DNA of 62,929 bases, counting the filler, from Octopus bimaculoides (Eukaryota): NCBI RefSeq assembly GCF_001194135.2. It is 4 parts of 4 records of this genome, joined end to end, with 100 filler letters (N's around TTAATTAATTAA, not from the genome) between each part and the next. Parts side by side here need not be neighbours in the genome. Positions count along the whole stretch, not along the records: positions 49,491 to 62,929 come from NC_068984.1; 3 more parts are not named here. One strand, given 5' to 3'. This document shows, piece by piece, positions 50,108-62,929 of the stretch. The notes under the pieces are model-generated. The model saw only the letters and a program-made list of their open reading frames with translations, was not told the DNA's origin and searched no databases. Both the position numbers and the translations under genes were made by a program. Within the stretch, counting starts at the first letter, position 1. Each line of letters opens with the position of its first letter.

Positions 50108-50520
50108 ATGGCGACCTGGCGGAAACGTTAGCACGCCGGGCGAAATGCTTAGCCGTTAGGTTCTGAGTTCAAATTCCGCCGAGGTCGACTTTGCCTTTCA
50201 TCCTTCAGGGTCGATAAATTAAGTACCAGTTACGTACTGGAGTCGATGTAATCGACTTAATCCCTTTGTCTGTACTTGTTTATCCCCCTCTATGTTTATC
50301 TCCTTGTGGGCTATAAAGAAATAAGAAACGCTGGCACGCCAGGCGAAATGCTTAGCGGTATTTCGTCTGTCTTTACGTTCTGAGTTCAAATTCCGCCGAG
50401 GTCGACTTTGCCATTCATCCTGCCTGGTCCATCAATTAAGTACCAGTTGCGTACTGGTGTCGATCTAATCGTCTGGTCCCTTCTAAAAATTTCGGGCTTT
50501 GTGCCCAGAGTAGAAAAGAT
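50108..50520 (+). mobile_element. Two tandem family B SINEs with different 3' tails (~50108-50322 and ~50323-50520)
   Basis: Both have head and core TTCTGAGTTCAAATTCCGCCGAGGTCGACTTTGCC..TCATCCT...AATTAAGTACCAGTT.CGTACTGG; they diverge after GTCGAT.TAATCG. Confidence 0.9.
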
Positions 50521-51452
50521 TATTTTACTTTTAATTACAGAAGGATGAAAAACCAACCTCAAGCTGGAATTTATGACGTTTAGTTTGATGCTATAGAGTT
50601 GTTTAAAATTCAACAGCTTAGAGAAAATTCTGAGGCAGTAACAGAGTATTATTTGGTTACTCGAAAACCTAAAAATGATAGCTAAACAACCCTCAAATTG
50701 CTAACGCACTCCTGATAAGTTGTAACTATCAATGAAAGACAAGATGATCTCTGCTGGAAAGCATAAGGTTATCAACAACAAGAGAATACAATGGAAAACC
50801 TTATGAGATTCAAACTTATAAAACTCACTGACAAAGCAACAAACAAAACTGCTTCCCTGTCCCTTAGGTTCTGAATATATTCCATTTTAGCTATCTGACT
50901 TGCATATTCACTTCTCCTCCGCTTCCTCCTCCTCTTTCTCTCTCTTTCTCACTCTATCTCCCTTTTTCTCTCTCATGCTTGCTTTTCCACATTCTCCCCC
51001 ATTTACTCTCTCTCTCGCTCTCTCTCTCTCTCTTTCGTTTACTATAAGATATTATTCTCGTGTGGCGTCAAGTCGGTAACATTCATATTACCAAAGTAAA
51101 GCTCTCGAACTTTCTTTTTCCATTAGCATTTATATAACTTAATCATTTAACAACTCTAAATAATCATTTTGTTTTTAGTTTAGCTTTGCAGAGTAACAAA
51201 AACGAACTGGTTTACTATTCTTGGCAATACACCGGCCAGCTATCCTTCATCACTGCCATATTTCATAAACAATAACGCAACGAGACTGCATATGCAGGCT
51301 CCCCAAACATTAATTTAGTAAGTCTTAGTTAAGGTAAGCATTCTGGTTCCATTAAACTTTATGCTAGTAATCCTGATCATTTCAGCAATGTAACTACACA
51401 CGTGTTGTTGCTGATTTTTTTTTTTTCCTTCTTTACACTTTTCCTTTTCTCC

Positions 51453-51484
51453 TTTCCGACGAAGGGTTATGCTCGAAAGTCAAA
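51453..51484 (+). ncRNA. Degenerate minimal hammerhead-like motif, same family as 37739
   Basis: TTT-CCGACGA-A-GGGT(TAT)GCTC-GAAA-GTC-AAA, followed by CCGAGCGTCAAACTAATA, which matches CCGAGCGTCATACTAATA downstream of 37775. Confidence 0.4.
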
Positions 51485-52335
51485 CTTTCTCTTTTCACCG
51501 AGCGTCAAACTAATACATTTCTTGTGCACGTCCTCTTGTTGTCCGTTAATTTTATTCCTTTATTTGAATTAACTATATATATATATTAATTTATTTATCA
51601 AATTTTAGCAGAAGTAACCTCTGCGAAATATTAATAAAAATATTCATATACCCATATTTTGAGTTCTATTTTTTCCTATGATTCCTATGCTTGCATCATC
51701 GGTGCCATCTCGCCTATCCGCAACTTTCCTGTTCACTGACTATGCCACCCTTGCAATAAGGAAAAACTCATATCTGTTCATAAGCAATCTCTCCCCTAGC
51801 GTTGGCTCTCTAATAAGCACTCAATACGCCTCTCTAAACTTCTAATCACCACTCCTACTACCGCTCCATTGTGTTTACATACACATACGCATAACTATAG
51901 GTTCGTGTGCTTCTATACGTATATTATATACACACATATACACCGATATCACACACACACACACACATACACACACACACACACACATATATATATANNN
52001 NNNNNNNNNNNNNNNNNNNNNNNNNNNNNNNNNNNNNNNNNNNNNNNNNNNNNNNNNNNNNNNNNNNNNNNNNNNNNNNNNNNNNNNNNNNNNNNNNTGT
52101 TCAGTTCTTCAATTTTGAATGCTTGAAAAGTTTTTAAGATATCGAGTCAATGTTAGCTGATGTTAAAGAATGCAGACATAAATATAATAATAAACTGAAA
52201 AAGACCTGGAGAAAAGCAAGTATATATTGTTTGAGAAAGATAGAAATGGAAGAGTAAGGAAAGAAGAAAATAAAAAACGGTGTAAGAAAAAAAGCAACAG
52301 GCATCTTGAAAATGTTGAAAAGGTAAAGGAAAGAA

Positions 52336-52465
<130 letters not shown>

Positions 52466-53149
52466 TTCATACATATATACGTACCTACATACATACATGC
52501 ATACATGCATACATACAAACATACATACATTCATACATACATACATATACATGTCCGTATAAATATGTGTAGTATATAAATGAACAAAAAAAGAAACAAG
52601 AAAAAGAAAACAAACAATACGAAACGATGAGAAATGAATCAGCGCCAACGGTGAGAACAGCTGACACATTTTGTTAAAATATCTTCAAAATATAAATTCA
52701 TTATTAAAAAACCTTAAATGAAATCAACTCGACTATATATGTAGGTATGTTTAAATGTATGTACGTAGGTGTACATTTGTGCGTAAAGAATTCCTNNNNN
52801 NNNNNNNNNNNNNNNNNNNNNNNNNNNNNNNNNNNNNNNNNNNNNNNNNNNNNNNNNNNNNNNNNNNNNNNNNNNNNNNNNNNNNNNNNNNNNNNNNNNN
52901 NNNNNNNNNNNNNNNNNNNNATCTCGTTTCTCTCATTTTCACAAGTATTCCCTGAGTTGTTACCGAGAAAAGCAACACTAGTTTGTCTTTTAATACCCTG
53001 ATGTAAAATTCTAGTGAAATCACGAACCTAGTTTCAGCTTTTGTTCATTTCCTCATATTGTCTTTCGCAAAGCAAAGTGACAAATAACTGACATTTTTAT
53101 ATTGTTCAGTTCTTCAATTTTGAATGCTTGAAAAGTTTTTAAGATATCG

Positions 53150-54050
53150 AGTGCTGCACTGTTTAACTCGGATTGGAAGTGAATACAATAAACAGTTACA
53201 GAGAACTTATTTAACAATATAAATATAGAAATACGTTGGAAATTACAAGATAGGACCAGCTCTAACAAAGCTAGCAACAATTCGAACACATTGCATGTTA
53301 TCGGATTTACACTCAACGTCTAACCCAGGTACGAATAGTATCGTCAAAATTCGAGATGGCCTAAGATAATCTGTTCAACCTACGAAGATTGTAGCTCGGA
53401 ACTTCTTAGCTTTCAACTCGGTATATTTCCGAATCTTCCTAATTTATCGAATATATCATAAGCTATCTAATAGAACTAGAATGTAAGTCAATAGCTGCTG
53501 CATATAGAATATCTCATCATTATATTCGAAGGCCTATCAAAATCAATGCACAGTAACTCGAGTGAAACTACAGAACTTGGGAAATTGACCACCTATTGAT
53601 AATCAGTCAACATATATAATTGTATATGAAGTCCATATCATATTCCAAACCGATAACAAAAACAAATTAAAGAAAATTATATCACCGTAGATGAAAGCAG
53701 CTTTAGGCGTCTCGATTTAGGATTTGGGAGACAAAAACTATGAACATTTGTCTGCCGGGGAAACTGAAAGACAGCCAATTCGATACCGAATACATTACGG
53801 CCCACATAGAGAGCCACTTTTGGCTCTTTCCGGGGGGTAGCAAGGAGACAACTGCTGCTGCCGCGTATATGGCCTTCCAGAAGCCAGCCTTTCCACTCAG
53901 GGTTGAGCAGTCTAGAGTAGCTTCACATAGCCGTCTGAATTAAATCTAAGGCCCTATTCGAAGATGTAGGGATGAATTTCGACGTGCGAACGTAGTCAGA
54001 ACTCTCGTTTATACCTTCCTGCTTCGTAGTCTCCGTTGAATACATCTAAA
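53150..54050 (-). pseudogene. Degraded LINE ORF2 relic (end of endonuclease to start of RT), homologous to 9700-10210
   Basis: Nucleotide homology to 10087-10190; minus-strand fragments DIFDKLGRFGNIPS*K and TCNVFELLLA resemble RT domain 0/1 (G.IP..WK, CK.FE). Weak. Confidence 0.4.
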
Positions 54051-54399
54051 TACGAGAGTTATAAACTTGAGTCGAATCAATACTTCATATCACATACATT
54101 TTCAACAATAACCAACGACTATTCATTGTTGATTATTATTATTCCTAATTTAGACTTTAAAGTGGTAGTAGCCAAAAAGAAGTAAAAGTAATATACTTGA
54201 TCAGTAAAGTAGGATATGCAGTACAGTACATCAATATTCTGAATTGAAATATTATTAGAGTCGAATTATTCAACATCCAATGAGTGTAGAAAATCTAACA
54301 ATATTTTAAAATATGTTATAGTGTGTAGTTGACTACATTCATTAGTATAATGTGGTAAAATGTTCCAACAGCATTACCAAAATGATAATGTCATCAACT

Positions 54400-54770
54400 T
54401 TAAGATTTATCCGAAGCTTGGTCACCTGCGCCATTCGTCCTCTACAAAAATAATGTTCATGTCACAACACAACATTCAGATTGAACTGTTTCATTTCAAC
54501 AAGCTCTACTCTCCTTAATATCATGCCAAGACACATAAACGAAGAAAAAGATCTCATGGCATTCAAACGGTTCCTGGATGAAAATCTCCAACAAATTCTA
54601 GATAAACCCTCTAAACCCGCATATATCTCTGCAAGCAATAACTCTTTACTCGAATGGGCTATGGTGCTCAAAGAATGTAATATGAAACATTATTAAATGT
54701 GTTTTCAGGTGGTGCTATTAACTTAACTGGACCAATTCTGGCCGAAAGTTATCTAAGTTTCTGTGTCTAA
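54400..54770 (+). mobile_element. CR1-like LINE 3' fragment with a different tail
   Basis: LLNIMPRHINEEKDLMAFKRFLDENLQQILDKPSKPAYISASNNSLLEW matches the CR1 C-terminal pattern (FK..LD..L..IPD.P....SNSL..W). Confidence 0.75.
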
Positions 54771-55289
54771 GTATATAAGTTAGTAATGTAGATTCAAGTC
54801 ATAGTCAACTTCGTTTACATTCATATTTGTATTGTATTTAAAGTTAAGATCTTATCTTCTATCTCAAAAGCTACAGGTCATTGCATCTATAAATACAAAT
54901 CAGTCAATATTGTAATTAAGTTCTGGTTAAATATGTGTTTTCCTTGGAAAAGAATTGTATGAAGAGGTAAAATCTGCACATACAACACTATACTATATAT
55001 AAATCTACAATACAGCAGATAACAGCACAGTTGCACATCTACGACATTTTATAAGTGATATATTTTCACATTGCGGCTATAAATGTACATATACATCATA
55101 CAAGACGGAGACGTAACACATCCACATTATCATCATCAATATCGTTCTTCGACGTGAATCCCAACTAGTCGGGATTCACAATATGGGTCGTACTATTCAT
55201 CCTTTCCATCGCTGAATAGAAAACGTAGCTCACGAGGTCTCCTTTCGGGCAATTTTTCCTGAGTCTCCATCTCACATTTGTACGCCAAA

Positions 55290-55432
55290 CCGTCAGAAGG
55301 TTACCTATTTACAGGTGAGCGGACTGGAGCAGTGTTTCGCTCAAGAACACAACGCACAACCGGTCTGGGAATCGAAACCAGGACCTCGCGATCGTGAGTG
55401 CTATACCCTAACCACTATGCCACGCCGCTTCA
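55290..55432 (-). mobile_element. tRNA-derived SINE head (family C-related)
   Basis: Reverse complement GGCGTGGCATAGTGGTTAGGG...GGTTTCGATTCCCAGACCGG...TTGAGCGAAACAC. Confidence 0.75.
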
Positions 55433-55791
55433 CATATTATTTGATGGGCGTTGATTCTTGAGTTCCTCCGCTCTTTGCCGGGTCTTGTTTTTCATCACGC
55501 AGTATGTTCAGTAAATCACCTTTCTCACCAACCAGGCTTGATGGGGTTACGGGTCTAGTTGTCGATGATCCGACCATTCGATAGTTTGTAATGGGTCACG
55601 TGCTACCAGTAGCGTTTGAGAACTATCTGACAGTATACAGATGTTCAGCAGCGTATAACATGTAAATATACAACTCTATACAACATATAAAACACACTAT
55701 AAATATTTGCAACACTATAGACTATGTGTCTGTGCGCGCGCGGAGTTGATTCTGTGAGTGGGTACATAAGTGAGTGTGTGTGTGCGTGCGT

Positions 55792-55823
<32 letters not shown>

Positions 55824-55833
55824 NNNNNNNNNN

Positions 55834-55878
<45 letters not shown>

Positions 55879-56544
55879 ATCTTAAAACATATATGAGTAA
55901 AATATGGTAAAATATACAAATACATAACCATGTGTATTAGACGCATTTACAACATTGCACAATCACTTTACAATGTATATATTTAGTTCTCGTTCATGTA
56001 AAATATTGTACAGCTTGAGATAATTTCTTTGCAAAGGAAGTCTAGAAAATATCTTCTTTTCTTATGGAATCTATTTTCCTTCACGTTTCAAAGCTAATAT
56101 TTTTAACAAAACAGAGTGGTGAAAACCTACCGTTTCATCTTTCCCTAAAAGTTGAGTCAAAACCTAATAATCATGTCATACTTGATTTCTTTCTTTCAGT
56201 TTGTTTTCCTTCTGATGGCTATGAAATGTCAAAATCTATTCCTTTCTCTTGATATTTGAATTTTTTTTTAATTTGGTAGCATCCTTTGTAATTCTTTCGT
56301 TCAAAAATACAAATTGAAACCTGCAGGTGACTAATTGACTATTATTTGAATTGACAGCTTAATTCTAATACGTTTTATCAAATGGTCCAGGAACTATCTG
56401 GTACAAAAAAAAAGCCTCTGTAATTTCGACATGAAAAATAAAACATACACACACATACTTATATGCATACATACACACTTGCATACATACCGACACGCAT
56501 ATGTCAGTGTGTCTGTGAATATACATATACATATACATATGCAT

Positions 56545-56583
<39 letters not shown>

Positions 56584-57229
56584 NNNNNNNNNNNNNNNNN
56601 NNNNNNNNNNNNNNNNNNNNNNNNNNNNNNNNNNNNNNNNNNNNNNNNNNNNNNNNNNNNNNNNNNNNNNNNNNNNNNNNNNNNNNNNNNNNNNNNNNNN
56701 NNNNNNNNNNNNNNNNNNNNNNNNNNNNNNNNNNNNNNNNNNNNNNNNNNNNNNNNNNNNNNNNNNNNNNNNNNNNNNNNNNNNNNNNNNNNNNNNNNNN
56801 NNNNNNNNNNNNNNNNNNNNNNNNNNNNNNNNNNNNNNNNNNNNNNNNNNNNNNNNNNNNNNNNNNNNNNNNNNNNNNNNNNNNNNNNNNNNNNNNNNNN
56901 NNNNNNNNNNNNNNNNNNNNNNNNNNNNNNNNNNNNNNNNNNNNNNNNNNNNNNNNNNNNNNNNNNNNNNNNNNNNNNNNNNNNNNNNNNNNNNNNNNNN
57001 NNNNNNNNNNNNNNNNNNNNNNNNNNNNNNNNNNNNNNNNNNNNNNNNNNNNNNNNNNNNNNNNNNNNNNNNNNNNNNNNNNNNNNNNNNNNNNNNNNNN
57101 NNNNNNNNNNNNNNATATATATATATATATATACATATGAGTGTGTGTGTCGATGTGCGCATCTATGTATCAGTGTATATTTTCCATTCTGAATAAAATC
57201 TCTGTGTTTATGTATGTTTCATTAACGCT

Positions 57230-58260
57230 ATGTTGCTTGTATCAACAATTGTGAAACTTTGGATGTTTCACAGTGGTTATCCTTGGTATTGGTGTATAAA
57301 GGTTTTGCGGTGATGGTTGTATCAGTGATGGTAGTGCTGATGGTGATAATGATGGTGGTACTAGTATTGGTGATGTTATTGTTAGAGATTATATTGAATG
57401 ATATGTCGTTCCTGAAAAGTGTTTCTTCCGATTGCATTTTTTTCTTTTTCCCGCTTTGTTCGTTAGTTTTTACCGTTTGATTTCTTCTTCGTCACCTTCG
57501 CTGTATGACATGTTTAAGAAATTCCATGTCTTAAGTATTCATAATATTATTGCTTTCTTGCCGTTATCTAGAATGTTTAGTTGCCTTTTTGTGTTGGTGA
57601 TGTGGTCCACTGTTGATATTGTTATTGTTGCTGCCGTTGTACTGATGGTATCGGCAGAAGTGCTTTTATTTCTACTCTCCTCCTTTGTTGTCAATAGAAA
57701 ACCTTGAGATGGTTTGCATCACCACACAAGTGACACATTGGCCTTCTGTCCTCAACAGCCACATACAGTTTTTCTATTGCCTGGCGCAGTGATCAGATCC
57801 AGAATGGTTTCCATACTTATTGATACGTTTGGATCAATTGCTCCATTCCTTAGCCCTACAAATGTTGTTTCCGCAATCTCTGGAGTTTCAGATTGTTAAC
57901 TTATTCTCTGTCTAAGCAGAACACTGCCATCACCTATCAAATATTTTCCTGTGGGAGCACATCGACAGACATTACTCCTCCTACAAATACCGCCAATGTG
58001 GATTGGTATGAGGAGGAAATCTTTACTCTTTGCGTTGTTGTGGACAGTTTCCTGATCCCATCCACTATCAGGAATGTCGCCTATAACGCATCGTATCGTC
58101 CCCCACCCAGCTGGAGATATACGACTTGGTATTACGGCTCGATCGGAAATGTTTTCCTACATACTGCTGCGTACTTGCTCAATTTCTCGGTTTTCTATTT
58201 TTTTTGGTTTACAGATTATAGTCTTCAAATCCGTTTCCTGTCTAAAGGATTCTGAAATAT
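57230..58260 (-). pseudogene. LINE ORF1-like relic with gag-type zinc knuckle
   Basis: Minus strand LYVAVEDRRPMCHLCGDANHLKVFY* (C-X2-C-X4-H-X4-Y; last Cys TGT>TAT) at ~57691-57770, followed by a Thr-rich low-complexity tail; many stops. Confidence 0.55.
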
Positions 58261-58554
58261 TTAATTTCAAGTTTCGAACAGACTTTACAAGGAGACTTCT
58301 AACATTTTTTTTTTAATTTGAGACATTAGTTTAATTAATTTATCCTGGCGCACTGCGTTTGCGACTCAGGTTACTTAAGATATTTTAATTGTAGTGCCTT
58401 TACTTTAATTTGCATAACTGTCAGTTGTGGCGGTAACGGTGATGGTGTTGTTGGGAGAGTAAATTCAGAACGTAAAGGCGACGGGAAAATGCCGCCAAGC
58501 ATGTTATCTGATACGGTCACGACTCTGACAGCTCGCTAATTTAGTTACTACTAG

Positions 58555-58765
58555 TGTAAAATTTTGGCACGAGGCCAGAAAGTTCGTGGAAGTGGGTAAG
58601 TCGATTACATCGACCACAGTGCTCAAAAGCTACTTATTTTATCGATCCTGAAAGGATGAAAGATATGTCGACTTCGGCGGAATTTGAACTCAGAACATAA
58701 AGACAGGCGAAATGCTGATAAGCATTTTCTCCGACGTGCTACCGATTCTGCCAGCTCGCCGCCTA
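58555..58765 (-). mobile_element. SINE family B
   Basis: Reverse complement of head GGCGGCGAGCTGGCAGAATCGGTAGCAC and core GTCGAC...TTTCATCCTTTCAGGATCGATAAAATAAGTA. Confidence 0.85.
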
Positions 58766-58777
58766 TCGCTGTTCTAC

Positions 58778-58903
58778 GAAGAAGAAGAAGAAGAAGAAGA
58801 AGAAGAAGAAGAAGAAGAAGAAGAAGAAGAAGAAGAAGAAGAAGAAGAAGAAGAAGAAGAAGAAGAAGAAGAAGAAGAAGAAGAAGAAGAAGAAGAAGAA
58901 GAA
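58778..58903. repeat. (GAA)n microsatellite, about 42 units
   Basis: Pure trinucleotide run of 126 bp. Confidence 0.95.
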
Positions 58904-59289
58904 ACCCTATATAATCAACTATATTTTAAAGATTATATTTGATCGAATCCAGTTGAAGTTCAATCTTTCTTCCTTTTCCGTTATTCTTGAGATTCAACCA
59001 CTCAACAGTTTTCTAACTGACTGTTAATCAAACTAATTTAGGCTATAATATAGAATTCCCAGTTGTTTGTATTTAAAATGACGTCAGAAATACGCACATG
59101 TCGATTCTATTCTCAAAAGCCACTGTCGTATTTGTTTCTTAAAAAATCGTCATATTTGCTTCTTTTTTTTCTACTACTACTACTACTACTACTGCTACCA
59201 CCACCACTGCTGCTGTTGTTGCTACTGCTGCTACTGCTACTAGTTATTACTACTACTATTCAGACATCACGGGATTACAACATGTACCC

Positions 59290-60060
59290 TCTACAAAAGT
59301 CTACCGCACAATGTGCACATGAGGCAGTAGAAGCGTACGGCGCATTCTTAAATTTAAGTAGAAAGTTTACAACCTGAGTTATTAAATGCAGCGAACGATG
59401 ACGATCCAGATCGAATAATCAAGTTTTGTGAGTGGTTTCAACACATGGTAGACGAGGATGAAGAGTTTAAGAGGACAATTGTGTGCATGATGAAGCAAAA
59501 TAGAACAGTGAACCGACATAATTGTGTTTACTGGACGTTAAAAAATCCTTGCTAGTATGTAGACAAAGCTGTCGATTTACCGTCATATATATCAGATATG
59601 CAATGTCCTCAAGAGGTTTCAGAGACCCATTCTTCATTGTAGGTATTGTTACTGATCAAGCGTACTTAGACAAGCTAAGCATGTCATTTTATCTGACATA
59701 CATGCATTCTATAGAAATGATGAATTTTACTTTGAACAAGACGGCGCACCACCAAACTACTGTCGAGTTGTGCATACTTATCTAGATGAGAATCTGCAGA
59801 GACACTGAATGGTACGAACAGCTGCAGTTGAATTCCCCGCCTCCTCTCCTGATTTAATAGCTGTAAACTATTATTTATGGGGGTATACTAAAGGATGTCG
59901 TATATTGTAAAAACCGGCTACACTGTCAGCCATTCCGGAAGGAATTAAAACGTGCAACCATCTCACTTTATACTTTGAAAAACGTTTCCCAAACAGCAGT
60001 TCGCTGCACAAATAAATGTCTGGCAGCTAATAGTCACCACTTTAAGTATCTCTCAGAGGT
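59290..60060 (+). pseudogene. Tc1/mariner transposase relic, rosa-like (DD41D spacing)
   Basis: DDPDRIIKFCEWF, FYFEQDGAPPNY, SPDLIAVNYYLWGY, HHFKYL; 41 codons between D (59740) and the position of the third Asp (now Asn, 59866); internal stop and frameshifts. Confidence 0.85.
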
Positions 60061-60792
60061 ACTGAATAAATTTAGCATTGAAATATTTCTGCACGTTTTT
60101 CTTTTTTTGGTGGATTTTGAAACTTAAAATTTAATATAACACCACGCACTCATCTTATCAACTATCTGACAGAATATTTCGTGCGACTGTCTCTTTCTTT
60201 CTCTTTCTCTCTTGTTCCCTCTCTCACTATCGTACCTTTTTGTTACTTTCTGTCTCTCTACCTTCCACCAGTTTTACTCTCTCCTCCTACTACCATGTGA
60301 CTCGTAACCATTCCCATTCCAATTTCCTTTCTCACCTAGCATTGACTCGTTCAGTCATGCTTCTCTCGTTCTCTCGCTTCCATTTCTACTTTTAACGCGT
60401 TTTTCTTTTTTCTTTGTTTCACCATTCAATCTTTTCACCTTTCGTTCTATCTTTCCATCTGTCCACTTTTCACATCCAGTCCTATAAGACATTTTCCATT
60501 GCGTTACACTACATATGTCTTGTCTCAGAGTTGCATGGTCTTTATTTTGTTTATATATCATATATTTTTTTGCCTCTATATTCAGTGCATTGTTTTCGTC
60601 ACATCATTCGCTCGCTTTTCCCAGCTTCTTGATGTTGATGCTACAAAAATTGAACAATATCGTCGTTAAATACATGAAATTGTAATGACTGTTTGGACGA
60701 TAACTGACGAGAAAAAAGCATATCCTTGTCTTGTGTGTGCATTTTCCGTTCGTTACTTTGTCGTGCTTCAGTTTAATTTTTGAAACTTATTG

Positions 60793-60824
<32 letters not shown>

Positions 60825-61529
60825 TATGCATATATAAGTTTTCTTTTTTGATTTACTTGAAATTTCCCCTTCCATTTTCTCATTCTTCCTTTTGCACACC
60901 TGATCCACTTTACCATTTACATTTTTAACTATTTTGATATTAGTTTTCCTCTCGAGGTTTATCTCTATGTACATGTGTGTATTTCGATGTGTATGTGTGT
61001 GTAGGCTTGAGAACCTATACGGACGTCTGTACTTGCTTACAATCGACGGTGTGTCTTTGAGTGTTTGTGTGGTTGCATACAGATTTAACTTCGTTTGCAT
61101 CATATCTCTCTTTCTAACACATTCTATTCGCTAGTGACTTTTTTTTTGTAGCACGAATCTGTTCCTCGTTGCTACGCTTGCACCCACCTTTCTTTTCTAG
61201 GTTTACCTATGCCGAGCAGATGTCACACATGACAAAGTGCCGAGCCCTCGAACCTGTACACTTGCATTTAACCCCAAAAGTATAACGTTAACTTGGCTCT
61301 AACTAAATTATTTCGTTTCTTTTAACATTTTTTTCTATCAATTAATATGCTTCTCTGAGGTGTAAAACTTTCGAACAATATTTTTTCTTTATTTACGCGG
61401 CATTATTAAATTTAAAATACTCCTGTTGTAGTATATTTTATGAACTAAGAATCGATGATTTTATAACCATTTACGTCACCTTTTCTTCTCTGATCTTTAT
61501 AGAATGATCACTTTTAATATAGTCATCAT

Positions 61530-61925
61530 CTGTGCAGACATGGCTGGGTGGTAAAGAAGCCTGCTTTGCACTCATGTGGTTTAGGGTTCTGTTTCACTGC
61601 GCAACAAGTGTAGTAGATGACACTTGGGTAAGTTTTTTTCCTACTGAGGCCCCAGGCCAACCAATCTCAATTAATCTGGCAGGCGGAAGCTATGTAGAAG
61701 CATTTCGTATAAATATATATGTGTGTGTCTATGTCTCTGTGCTTGTTCCTCTTCACAACAGTTGTTGGTTTGTTTCCGTCCTCGTAACGTACAGATTAGC
61801 CAAAAGTGACTAATAGAACAAGTACCAGAAATTTAAAAAATGCGTACAGGGATTGATATGTTCGACTAAATTCTTCAAGGCGGTGCCCCAGCAAGGTCGC
61901 AGTCCAGTGACTGCAACAAATAAAA
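61530..61925 (+). mobile_element. SINE family A, old degraded full-length copy
   Basis: GGCTGGGTGGTAAAGAAGC...CACTTGGGTAAGT, internal TA/TG run, tail GGTGCCCCAGCAAGGTCGCAGTCCAGTGACTG. Confidence 0.7.
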
Positions 61926-62929
61926 GAAAATATTTTGTTGTTAATCGTAGGAAATTTCGTTTAGATGTCATTTAGTCGGTGTCTTCTTGGACTCCAAAAT
62001 TTATCACCACGCTGAAACTTAAGATATAGGTTTCTTTCTAAATATGGATTTAAATCATCATTATTATATGTCACTGAATGTTAATTTTATCATTGCCCTA
62101 CTGCTATTAGACTCTGTTATACCCTAGCAATCAGTTTATACTTGAACCTTTATATCAACTCCCCAACGGGTTATCATCGATAGTTATAAGGAGGGAATAT
62201 GACTGCAACAACTTTATGTGCTTCGAAATTGTTACATAACTATAAGTCGTATGTACATATATATATGTTAGTATCTATANNNNNNNNNNTATATATATTT
62301 ACAGGCATGCACATGTTTTCGGACCGCATTACTCTGTGACAATATATATAAATACAATATTGATTTATTTATTTGTATATATGTACACATATATTAACAG
62401 CAACGAAAGAACTTTGACTAAGAATCAACCGATTGATTGTTTAACCCGCACATTAAACAAACAATCGATAAGTTCGCTGGTTAGACATTTAACCAATTGG
62501 CGAATAATAAAGAAGTAGAATTGAACCAGTGCGTGTGCTATTATTGTTGGCATAATGACTCTCTCGTGACACAACAAAATTTCTCTCAACACATCAATTC
62601 ACACCAAGAATCTTGCAAGCCAAGTACAAAAACGAATTATATATATGAAGGTAAGCTGGCAAAACGCTGCTCTTCTAAACGGAAACCTTACTCGACATCG
62701 TGGTTTTGTGGGAGGAAGCAAAGTAGGTTTTGTGGTAGGAGCAAACCAGGCCTTGTCGTCTACTCAAGGAAACACATAGAAAACTGAGTCCTCAACTTGT
62801 TCCATTTGCTAAAAGGTTTGCAAGGCACCAGCAGGCCTCAAGAGACACATTCGTGTCCAAAGAACATGATTACTCCTTTAATTTACTAACCCTCATTTGT
62901 CGTTCACGACAAGAGAATCCATTATACAT

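Noticed and set aside
53740-53943. RNase H-like reading FPGGSK on the + strand
   Set aside because: Comparison with the homologue at 10087-10190 puts synonymous changes in the opposite-strand frame, so the sense strand here is minus.
58684-58942. Poly-Arg and poly-Glu ORFs
   Set aside because: Translations of (GAA)n next to a SINE head.

Overview
Gappy, AT-rich, microsatellite-dense animal genomic scaffold. The repeat families and (TA)n/(TG)n/(CAT)n landscape look cephalopod (Octopus-like); this is inferred from memory, not from a search. Two spliced membrane-transporter genes lie on the + strand. The first is a NIPA2-like Mg2+ transporter (5 exons, 1305-5400, 361 aa, or longer if an upstream exon lies outside the window). 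The second is an MFSD4/NAGLT1-like MFS transporter (3 coding exons, 17381-22500, 816 aa) with a ~320-aa Ser/Thr-rich mucin-like loop. No host gene was recognised from 22.5 kb to the end. That part is a transposon graveyard: a 5'-truncated CR1-like LINE, several LINE relics (CR1, RTE, CCHC ORF1), hAT and rosa/DD41D mariner relics, MITEs and at least four SINE-like families. The most unusual signal is a set of hammerhead-ribozyme-like motifs: a near-complete type I hammerhead at 46231-46316, next to a perfect 33-bp hairpin that looks like a 'palindromised' hammerhead, plus two minimal copies at 37739 and 51453 whose consensus is an intact core. A Penelope-like RT relic is also present (10212-10577). 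Other notable points are a SINE/LINE pair sharing a 3' stem-loop tail, modular and chimeric SINEs, a hairpin-dense NIPA 3' region and a visible CpG-decay mosaic. All calls were made by eye, with no database searches, and repeat boundaries are approximate unless TSDs or TIRs are quoted.
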